DNA from: a bacterium
Lineage (GTDB): Bacteria > Eisenbacteria > RBG-16-71-46
Direction: 5' to 3'
Assembly (NCBI GenBank): GCA_043779265.1
Contig: JAYWEM010000028.1
Coordinates: forward strand, 1-28,929
Length of the DNA stretch: 28,929 nt
The position numbers and the translations under genes are program-made. Below the pieces are notes generated by a model. That model saw nothing but the letters and a program-made list of their open reading frames with translations. It was not told where the DNA came from and did not search any database. Position 1 is the stretch's first letter. Each line of letters opens with the position of its first letter. Of this stretch, positions 16,735 through 24,460 are shown piece by piece.

Positions 16735-18345
16735 ATGACGCACCCGCGTCCCTCGACCACGCCGCTCGATGACCCTCGCGCCCGCGCTCTGCGCCGCGCC
16801 GGGTGGCTGCTGTGGACGGTCACGTTCGCACTGCTGCTCGCCCTCGCCGCGACGGTGCCGGCGCTCTACGCGCCGCTCCTCACGTTGCTGGGCCAGGAGG
16901 ACGCGGCGCCCTGGCTCCGAGATCCCATGCTCGCGGGCATCGCGGTGTTCGGGCTGGTCTCGGTGTTCGTGCTCTACACGATCACCAAGCAGCGCGAGAT
17001 CGAGGCGATGCGCGAGGCGCTGCAGCGAGAGGAGCGCGACCGGCATGACTCGGCGACGCGGCTGCTCGAGCTGTCCGAGTTGTTCCAGGTCTCGACCACG
17101 CTGCAGCTGCAGTTCCGGCTCGACGTGATGCTCGAGATCATCGTCCGCCGCGTCGTCAGCACGCACAACGCGCAGCAGGCGAGCATCATGATCGTGGACG
17201 GCGAGACGGGTGAGCTGGTGACGCGCGCCTCCTACGGGCTCGAGTCCGAGTTCTCCAAGGGCGCGAGGCGCAAGCCCGGCGAGGGCATCGCCGGTTGGGT
17301 GGCGCAGCGCCGTCAGGCCGTCATGCTGGGCGAGAAACTGGAGGGCGGCGAGTTCGCGGCTCACTACAAGTCCAATCGCCGCATCACATCGTCGCTGTCG
17401 CTGCCCCTGTCGCTCGGGGAGCGCGTCGTCGGCGTGCTCAATGTGAATCGCATCAACAATCCCGAGCCCTTCAGCGAGTCGCACCTGGAGGGGCTGCGGA
17501 TGTTCGGCGAGCACGTCGCCGCCGTGATCGACCGCGCCGAGATGATGGAGCGGCTGGACAACCGCACGCGTCAGCTCGAGGCGGACAACGAGAAGCTCTC
17601 CGACCTCAATCGCATCAAGGACGTGTTCCTCTCGACCGCGAGCCATGAGCTGAAGACCCCGCTCACCAGCGTCATCGCCTATGCCGAGATCCTCGACGAT
17701 CACGACAGTCGCCTGTCGCGCGATCAGGCGCGCGATTTCCTCGGCCGGCTGCGTACCGAGGCGCAGCGTCTGATGGGATTGATCGAGGACATCCTCGACC
17801 TGTCGCGGCTCGAGAGCGGCAAGTTGGCGCTGAAGCTGCGGCCGACCGATCTGCGAGAGGTCGTCGCGGCCGGCGTCGAGACCTCGCGCTCGCTGGCGCG
17901 CAAGTACGGCGTCGAACTGGAGCAGGAGCAGGGCGAGGCGCTGCCGGCGCTCCATCTGGATGAGGTGAAGATCCGCCAGGTGGCGGTCAACCTGCTGGTC
18001 AACGCCATCAAGTTCAGCCCGCGTGGTGGCAAGGTGCGAACGAGCACGCATGTCGACGACCGCTTCGTGCGACTCGAGGTGCGTGACGACGGGCCGGGCG
18101 TGGCGCCCGAGATGGCGACCCACATCTTCGAGTTGTTCGGCCAGGCGATCAGTCCGATCCATGAGACCGAGGGCCGTAGCGGCGTCGGGATCGGGCTGCA
18201 TCTGGTGAAGCGGATCAGTGAGTTGCATGGCGGGCATGTTGGCGTCGACAGCCGCCCCGGGCATGGCAGCACCTTCTGGGTGCGGCTCCCCATTCCGGCC
18301 TCCGCCGAGGCTCCGGGCCCGGCCGAGACCCGCGCCGCCGCCTGA
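16735..18345 (+). CDS. Membrane sensor histidine kinase with GAF domain
   Basis: 2 TM, GAF (GEGIAGWVA, LPLSLGERVVGVLNV), H-box ASHELKTPLT, N-box NLLVNAIKFS, G1 DDGPGV, G2 GVGIGL. Confidence 0.95.
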   Translation: MTHPRPSTTPLDDPRARALRRAGWLLWTVTFALLLALAATVPALYAPLLTLLGQEDAAPWLRDPMLAGIAVFGLVSVFVLYTITKQREIEAMREALQREERDRHDSATRLLELSELFQVSTTLQLQFRLDVMLEIIVRRVVSTHNAQQASIMIVDGETGELVTRASYGLESEFSKGARRKPGEGIAGWVAQRRQAVMLGEKLEGGEFAAHYKSNRRITSSLSLPLSLGERVVGVLNVNRINNPEPFSESHLEGLRMFGEHVAAVIDRAEMMERLDNRTRQLEADNEKLSDLNRIKDVFLSTASHELKTPLTSVIAYAEILDDHDSRLSRDQARDFLGRLRTEAQRLMGLIEDILDLSRLESGKLALKLRPTDLREVVAAGVETSRSLARKYGVELEQEQGEALPALHLDEVKIRQVAVNLLVNAIKFSPRGGKVRTSTHVDDRFVRLEVRDDGPGVAPEMATHIFELFGQAISPIHETEGRSGVGIGLHLVKRISELHGGHVGVDSRPGHGSTFWVRLPIPASAEAPGPAETRAAA

Positions 18346-18465
18346 GCGGCCGAGCACCGAAGCCGCATCTTCCTTCGGCCGTTCGGGTTGTGCCATAGTG
18401 CACGGCACGCTCGGGGGTACCGTCAGCGACACCCCCTGCATCCTCCTCCACCTCGGGGAGCCCCG

Positions 18466-19110
18466 GTGTCCGACCCGGAAGTCACGGCACATTCTGAGTC
18501 CTCGTCCGTAGAAGCTGGTGTGAACAGAGCCAGCGGGGTGGGCGAACTGCGGCTCGACCGCGCAACCCTCGAGGGTGTGCGCGCTCGTGAGCCCGCGGCC
18601 CTCGGAAAGCTCTTCGATGCCTACTTCGGCTCCGTCTTCGCACTCGTCCATCGCCTGCTCGGCGACCGGACGCTCGCCGAGGACGCGACATCGGAGGTCT
18701 TCTTCAAGGTGCAGCGAGCGGCCCACTCCATCGACCCGAACCGCGACCCGGCTCCCTGGCTCATGACGATCGCGACCAATGTGTGCCGCGACCTGTGGCG
18801 CTCGGGCGCCTATCGCATGCGCCAGCGCAGTCGTTCGGTCGAGGACGACCCGGTTGTCGCCAACACGTTGCGGTCCGCCACCGAGGAGCCGCCGAAGGCG
18901 CTCGAGACCGCCGAGCGGCAGTTGGCGGTGCGCGAAGCTCTGCTCGAGCTCTCGGAGTCGCACCGGGTGGCCATCCTGCTGCATGAGTACGAGGGACTGA
19001 GTCACCAGGAAGTGGCCGAACGAACGGGCATCGAACACGCGGCGGCACGCAAGCGCTACTCGCGAGCACTCTCCGCTCTGGCCGAACTGTTGAAGGCGAA
19101 AGGACTATGA
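18466..19110 (+). CDS. ECF RNA polymerase sigma-70 factor
   Basis: Region 2 AEDATSEVFFKV..WLMTIATNVCRD; region 4 YEGLSHQEVAERTGI. GTG at 18466 with GGGAG SD preferred over the track start. Confidence 0.92.
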   Translation: MSDPEVTAHSESSSVEAGVNRASGVGELRLDRATLEGVRAREPAALGKLFDAYFGSVFALVHRLLGDRTLAEDATSEVFFKVQRAAHSIDPNRDPAPWLMTIATNVCRDLWRSGAYRMRQRSRSVEDDPVVANTLRSATEEPPKALETAERQLAVREALLELSESHRVAILLHEYEGLSHQEVAERTGIEHAAARKRYSRALSALAELLKAKGL

Positions 19111-19976
19111 GCAACGCACCGGATGATCTGGACCTGAGCTCGGACGAACAGTTCGCACGCGCTGCCGTGCGTTCACTACCGCGTGCCGCCGAGGGCCCGA
19201 GCGCCGAGTTCCGCGCCGGACTCCGCGAGCGGTTCTTCGCCGGGTCGATCGAATCCACCGTCGCCGAGTTGCCCGAAGTGGAAGCGCCGGTCGCGGGGGA
19301 CGCGCGAGGACAGGTGCTGGCTGGGCCGTGGCTCCTGCGCCCGTCGGTGTGGGTGCCGTTGGCTGCCGCGGCCGCACTCGCCTTCGCGCTCGGACTCGCG
19401 AACCGTGGCCCCGCTTGGGAGGTTTCGACAGCGACGGGCGTTGGCGTCATCCGCATCGATGGCCAGGAAGTGCCGGCACAGGCGAGCGCGGTGATCAGTC
19501 GCCTCGTCGCACGTGGCGGCCGGGTCCAGCTGCCCGAGGAGGTCTCGATCGATCTCGTGGCGCCCGGTTTCATGGTGGTGCGACTGGCCGCTGGAAGCGA
19601 CGTGCGGCTGTCGGGGTCGCCCAATCGGTGGATCGCGAGGAACTCCGAGATCTCGATCGAGAGCGGGGACGTGTTCGTCGCGACGGGCCGTGAGTTCCCT
19701 GGCTCTCGCTTGGTGGTGAGCACGGATGAGGCTCGCGTGGATGTGCTCGGCACATCGTTCGCGGTGATGCGATTCGGTCACGGCACGTGCGTCTGCGTGA
19801 TGGAGGGCAGCGTCCGCGTCGGCTCGGTGCACGATCGGTCCTCGGCCGAGGTCGTCAAGGGCCAGCGACGCTTCTGCTATGCGGACCAGCCCGCTTACAC
19901 CGAGGTCATCCTCGAGAGCAGCGAGCACGAGCTGCATCAGCTGATCGAGACGAGCGGCGCGAAACTGGATCGCTGA
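19107..19976 (+). CDS. FecR-domain anti-sigma factor
   Basis: ATG overlaps the sigma stop; single TM (WVPLAAAAALAFALGL); FecR core VRLAAGS..GDVF..VSTDEARVDVLGTSFAV..VCVMEGSVRV. Confidence 0.85.
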   Translation: MSNAPDDLDLSSDEQFARAAVRSLPRAAEGPSAEFRAGLRERFFAGSIESTVAELPEVEAPVAGDARGQVLAGPWLLRPSVWVPLAAAAALAFALGLANRGPAWEVSTATGVGVIRIDGQEVPAQASAVISRLVARGGRVQLPEEVSIDLVAPGFMVVRLAAGSDVRLSGSPNRWIARNSEISIESGDVFVATGREFPGSRLVVSTDEARVDVLGTSFAVMRFGHGTCVCVMEGSVRVGSVHDRSSAEVVKGQRRFCYADQPAYTEVILESSEHELHQLIETSGAKLDR

Positions 19977-19994
19977 AGCCGTGAAGCCGTCGGA

Positions 19995-21407
19995 TCAGGC
20001 GGCCTGCTCGCCCTGATCGCCCTGCTCACTGGCTGGCCACGCTTCGAGCGGCAGGGACTCCGTGATGCTCCGCTCGAGCGGCAGTGCCCCCACCCAGCGC
20101 GCGCCGCTCGCGAGCGGGCGACCCTCGAGATCGGTCAGGGCCTCCACGATCGGGCGCTCGGGCTGCGAGGTCGGTGCGATGGTTCGCGCGAGGGTTCCGT
20201 CGTCGAGTCGCACGACCTGACCCGGAGGGTGCAGGCCGATCCCGCGCACGAGCGCGATGCGCACGGCCGGGTGCCAACGCTCGCCATAGCCCGCGAGCAC
20301 ATGGCCGAGTGCTTCATGGGGCGTCAGCGTCGACCCCGGCATCGCACGGTGGGCGAGCACGCTCACATAGGCGTCCGCGCAACTGACGATCTGCGCGAGC
20401 AGGGAGGCGCGATCGGGGTCCTCGATGTGGTGCTGCATCGCCGCGCGCATCGCTTGCAGTGATGTGGGCCCGAGCGGCGTGGAGACGGCGAGTCGGCGAA
20501 CGCCGAGCAGCGTGTGCTGCTGGGCATCCTTCCAGTCGGATGGGGTCCAATGGTCCATCTGCGAGCCGAGCACACGGACGATCTCGGGCTGACCCGAGTC
20601 ATGCAGCAGGGCCGCTGCGCCGAGGTCGGAGAGGTCGGCGCGCGAGAGGCCGAGGGAATGCCCGATGGCCAGCGCGGTGATGGTGACGTGAACCGCATGC
20701 GTCGCACCGCTGTCCTCGTGCCCGATGTCGACCAGCGCCAATGTGGCCGGTTCGTTCGTGCCGATCTCGTCGGCCAGTGGCTGGACGAGGCGCTGGACCC
20801 AGCGCATCTCGACGCCGCGCTCGAGTGCGCCGGCCCCGAAGAGATGCTCGGCTCCGGCCATCGCGAGTTCGTACGCGATGAGTGCCGGGCCGAAGGGGGT
20901 GTTCTCGTCGAGGACGGGCGCTGCCTCGGGCGCTTCCGCGGTGGAGTGATCGGACTCGAAGGCGATGCCATCGAGGTTGAGGAGCACCTCGATGCTGGGC
21001 ATGTCGCTGCCGCCACACAGCGCGGCCAGCTCGGCGTCCTTGTAGCGCTCGCTGACGACGAAGTAGCGCATGAAGGCCTCGAACTCCGGCACGGTGAGTC
21101 CCGGTCGGAATGAAATCCCCTTGATGCGGCGCATCGCCATCTCATCCGAGATCGAATCGAGATGGCGAAGCGACTTCTCGCGCAGCGGAAGACGCAGGCC
21201 GTTCAGGAAGACATCGCCCGAGCGAGCGGCCAGCTGCGCCTTGCCGTCGGTGTTGAGGATCGGGGTCAGGCACTCGATCAGATCCGTCAGGTGACGCGTG
21301 AACACCTGGTTCCCGATAGCATAGGTGCGACTGGTGCGCAGCAGCTGGACGAGGCGGTGAACGAGGATCAGTCCCTGCTCGCGTGTCGCGTCGGACCGCT
21401 CGTTCAT
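19995..21407 (-). CDS. HD-GYP-like domain protein (degenerate)
   Basis: THAVHV, LGAAALLHDSG, HTLLG, AMQHH, IVSCADAY, C-terminal GLHPPGQVVRLDDG. The GxGYP loop is absent. Confidence 0.82.
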   Translation of the reverse strand: MNERSDATREQGLILVHRLVQLLRTSRTYAIGNQVFTRHLTDLIECLTPILNTDGKAQLAARSGDVFLNGLRLPLREKSLRHLDSISDEMAMRRIKGISFRPGLTVPEFEAFMRYFVVSERYKDAELAALCGGSDMPSIEVLLNLDGIAFESDHSTAEAPEAAPVLDENTPFGPALIAYELAMAGAEHLFGAGALERGVEMRWVQRLVQPLADEIGTNEPATLALVDIGHEDSGATHAVHVTITALAIGHSLGLSRADLSDLGAAALLHDSGQPEIVRVLGSQMDHWTPSDWKDAQQHTLLGVRRLAVSTPLGPTSLQAMRAAMQHHIEDPDRASLLAQIVSCADAYVSVLAHRAMPGSTLTPHEALGHVLAGYGERWHPAVRIALVRGIGLHPPGQVVRLDDGTLARTIAPTSQPERPIVEALTDLEGRPLASGARWVGALPLERSITESLPLEAWPASEQGDQGEQAA

Positions 21408-23305
21408 GATGGTGTCCTCGTGTGGTCGAGCGCGTCGGCGCAGGCCAGACGGACGGAATCGGCGCGTGCCGTGAGCCCCGTCTGAAGCACGATCATCGCC
21501 AACGGCGAGCCGATGCGGGCCAGCGTGCGTGCGGCGGCCGTGCGTTCAGGGCTCTTGCGGGCGAACCATCCGCCTCGGTGCAGCAGTTGATCGAGCGCGG
21601 GGACGGCCTGATCGTCGGCGACATCAGCGAGCGTCTGGAGCAGCGCCAGGCGGCGCTCCTCGCTCAGGCTCTCGAAGTCGGGAGCGGAGATCCGGTCGAT
21701 GAGCGCCGACGCGGCGCGCGCATCGGGTTCGCGCGTCATCATCTGGAGCGCGTGCTGGAGCAGCATGGGGTCGGAGGTGTCGAGCTGCTGCAGCAGCAGC
21801 GGCGTGCGCTGGGCGGGCGGCACCTGGCCGAGCGCCTGGATGACCGCGCGCCGGACGCGTGTGTCGAGGTGGCGCGAGGCAGTGACCAGCATCGGAGTCA
21901 CGGCGGCCCCACCGATCTGACCCAGCGCGAAGACGACGTTGCGCACGACATGCCATCTCGAGTCATGCAGATAGGGACGCAGGGCGTCAGGGTCATCGCC
22001 GCACGTGTAGGCGAGCGCGGTGGTGGCCGCAGCGCGCAGGCGCGCCCGGCCGGCCTGTGCCAGCACATGGATCAACAGGTCGAGCATCGGCTTGCCCAGT
22101 ACGACAGCGACCGAGAAGAAGCGCGCCTGCTCCTCGGACGTTGCGGCATCGAGGCGCTCGGCCACGACATCGCGGTCGAGGCCTGCGAGCGACTGCGTGA
22201 GCGACTCCGCTGTGCGCGTGCCATCGGGGTCGAGCGTGCGGACGGCATCGAGCGCCTGGCCTGCCTCGGACCAGTCGCAGTGCTGCACGGCGTTGGCGAC
22301 CCACGAGACAAGTGAGGTCAGGACGGCGTCGCGCATGTCGTCGCTGGGGTCGGCGGAGCGGACCTCGTCGACGAACTCGCGCACCTGCTGCGCGTGGGTC
22401 GGCGCCTGCTCCCGCTTCCAGCGGTCGTGGAAGTCGGCGACGTGGCGGTCCTCGTCGAAGACGAGCTGATGCCACACAGCGGCGGCGCTCGCGTCCTGCG
22501 ACGGGATGAGCCAGTCATCGAAGTGCGCGTCGGCAGCCGCGGCCCGTGCACCGGACTCCGGCGCGGAGTCGACCGAAGCCTCGCATTCGGCGTCGGTCGG
22601 CGTGTCGTAGCGCACATCGTCGCCCGGACCCATCGCGAACGGATCGGGTGTGGGTGGTGCGGCTTCCTCGGATTCCGAAGGCGCGATGTAGTGATGTTGG
22701 AACGAATCGCCGGTAAGGACACGCTGGAAAGGCCGGTCGTCGATGAGCGGGAGGCTCTGCACGCGGACCGGCGCGCCGGTCCGCGCGCCGCGCTCGTCGT
22801 CGATCAGAGGGGAGCTGGCCTCCGAGCGCACGCGCACGTTGTCGAGGCCGGCCCTCCACAGCAAGGTCACCAGATCGTCGCCGGGGTTATGCGCCGTCGC
22901 CACGTCGAGCAGGGTCTGGATGAGCGTCAGCATCTGCTCGCGATTCAGGCCCTCGAGCAGCGACAGCGAGCGCACGCCCTGCTGGTGCAGGATGTGCGGC
23001 AGTTGGCGCTCGAGGGGTCCCCTTGTCGGGTGCCCTGTCTCGTCGCCCTCGACGCGCATCACCGATTCGCGCTCCACGCGGATCTCGAGGGGAAGGCAGG
23101 TCAGCGAGACCGGCCCATGCTGGAGGACCATCTCGAGTCCATCGACGGTGGCTCGCTCACGACCCTGTCGCACATGGGAGGCATAGGGACCGTGCCGCCG
23201 GGCGAGGTGGAGCAATCGCTCGAGTTGCTCGAGCCAGTCGGCGGCTTCGAGTGCGATCGGCGTGAGTCCTGAACGGGTCCGGCGCCCGGCGGGGGGCATG
23301 CTCAT
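21404..23305 (-). CDS. HEAT-repeat (PBS-lyase-like) protein
   Basis: LHDSRWHVVRNVVFALGQIG, DTRVRRAVIQALGQV, ERTAAARTLARIG, VRLACADAL. Stop overlaps the HD gene ATG. Confidence 0.85.
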   Translation of the reverse strand: MSMPPAGRRTRSGLTPIALEAADWLEQLERLLHLARRHGPYASHVRQGRERATVDGLEMVLQHGPVSLTCLPLEIRVERESVMRVEGDETGHPTRGPLERQLPHILHQQGVRSLSLLEGLNREQMLTLIQTLLDVATAHNPGDDLVTLLWRAGLDNVRVRSEASSPLIDDERGARTGAPVRVQSLPLIDDRPFQRVLTGDSFQHHYIAPSESEEAAPPTPDPFAMGPGDDVRYDTPTDAECEASVDSAPESGARAAAADAHFDDWLIPSQDASAAAVWHQLVFDEDRHVADFHDRWKREQAPTHAQQVREFVDEVRSADPSDDMRDAVLTSLVSWVANAVQHCDWSEAGQALDAVRTLDPDGTRTAESLTQSLAGLDRDVVAERLDAATSEEQARFFSVAVVLGKPMLDLLIHVLAQAGRARLRAAATTALAYTCGDDPDALRPYLHDSRWHVVRNVVFALGQIGGAAVTPMLVTASRHLDTRVRRAVIQALGQVPPAQRTPLLLQQLDTSDPMLLQHALQMMTREPDARAASALIDRISAPDFESLSEERRLALLQTLADVADDQAVPALDQLLHRGGWFARKSPERTAAARTLARIGSPLAMIVLQTGLTARADSVRLACADALDHTRTPS

Positions 23306-23389
23306 TCGAAGGTTCGTCTCTCGAGCATGGGTGAGTGCGATCTCCAGTGGGGCCGGTTCGAGGTCCCGCCGAAGAGGATTCCGGGTCAG

Positions 23390-23420
23390 GTATCGGCCGG
23401 CCGGGCGGCTCGATTGAGCC
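23390..23420 (-). promoter_or_regulatory. Sigma28/FliA-WhiG-like promoter motif, copy 2
   Basis: Minus strand GGCTCAA-N13-CCGGCCGATAC, about 85 nt upstream of ATG 23305. Confidence 0.5.
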
Positions 23421-23525
23421 TGGACTGTCCCGTCCCTCTTAAGGTGGAGATGAGGGGGGACGGCGGTCGGACCCGTGGGTACGGCGGGTGGCGAAGGGGG
23501 CCGAGTGGGTCGAACGTGGCGGAAT

Positions 23526-23555
23526 TTGACGGTCCGTCGCCGCCTCCCGTAGCCT
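23526..23555 (+). promoter_or_regulatory. Putative sigma70 promoter for the rpmH operon
   Basis: TTGACG-N18-TAGCCT about 54 nt upstream of rpmH. Confidence 0.45.
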
Positions 23556-23608
23556 GCCTCGTTCTCCAGTGGTAGCCGAACCCACCCGAAACGGAGTCAC
23601 CCGCTGTC

Positions 23609-23749
23609 ATGAAGCGCACCTACCAGCCCAAGAACCGTCGCCGCAAGAAGGTGCACGGCTTTCGTTCGCGAATGAAGACCAACGGTGGCCGCAAGGTTCT
23701 CGCCGCGCGTCGCGCGCGTGGTCGCAAGCGTCTGACCGTCTCCTCCTGA
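23609..23749 (+). CDS. rpmH: 50S ribosomal protein L34
   Basis: Not in the ORF track. [50 protein letters not shown] upstream; sits before rnpA. Confidence 0.98.
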   Translation: MKRTYQPKNRRRKKVHGFRSRMKTNGGRKVLAARRARGRKRLTVSS

Positions 23750-23867
23750 CCGAGCCTCCCGCCTCCTCCGCCCGGTGCCCGCGCGGTGCCGATTGGATGA
23801 CGCGGCCGGTCCTCGATCCACCTGCTTAGTCCGCGCCTCGGCGCATCGCCTCGCAAGGCGCACTCCC

Positions 23868-24245
23868 ATGGTCCGCCAGCATCCCGAACGTCTGGCGCCT
23901 GCTCATCGTATGACGAGCGGCCGCGACTACTCGGCGGCCCGCCAAGGGGGGCGCGCTCATCGGGGCACGTTCTGCCTCCTCATCTCCATGCCCGCTGCCG
24001 GGGAACCCACGCGAGTGGGCTTCATCGCCAGCAAGAAGGGCGTCGGGGGAGCGGTGCAGCGCAATCGGGCCAAACGTCGGCTGCGCGAGATCATCCGGCG
24101 CCGATGGCCTCGGATGCCGCACCAAGGATACCTACTCGTGTTCATCGCCTCGCGCGCCACTCTTCGCGCGCCACATCAGTTACTGGCCTCAGAGGTCGAG
24201 AGCCTGCTCGCCCTAGCCGGCGCGCTGGCTCCCGCGGTCGACTGA
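23868..24245 (+). CDS. rnpA: Ribonuclease P protein component
   Basis: RVGFIASKKGVGGAVQRNRAKRRLREI (RNR motif); synteny; ATG at 23868. Confidence 0.95.
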   Translation: MVRQHPERLAPAHRMTSGRDYSAARQGGRAHRGTFCLLISMPAAGEPTRVGFIASKKGVGGAVQRNRAKRRLREIIRRRWPRMPHQGYLLVFIASRATLRAPHQLLASEVESLLALAGALAPAVD

Positions 24246-24249
24246 CGTC

Positions 24250-24459
24250 ATGCGTCGACTCGCGATCCTCCTCATCCGCATCTACCAGCGACTGATGCCC
24301 TCGACGATGCGCGGCTCCTGCCGCCATCTCCCCACCTGTTCCGAGTATGCGTGCGAGGCGATTGCACGCCACGGCACTCTGCGCGGCTTCGTGCTCGCGC
24401 TGCGCCGACTTGGACGCTGCCACCCGTTCGGTTCTGCGGGTTACGACCCGGTGCCCTGA
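24250..24459 (+). CDS. yidD: Membrane protein insertion efficiency factor
   Basis: IRIYQR..CRHLPTCSEY..RCHPF..GYDPVP; synteny. Confidence 0.96.
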   Translation: MRRLAILLIRIYQRLMPSTMRGSCRHLPTCSEYACEAIARHGTLRGFVLALRRLGRCHPFGSAGYDPVP

Positions 24460-24460
24460 C

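Noticed and set aside
16660..19038. 792-aa minus-strand ORF
   Set aside because: It is the antisense shadow of the kinase and ECF genes, has no recognisable motifs, and such ORFs are expected in high-GC DNA.
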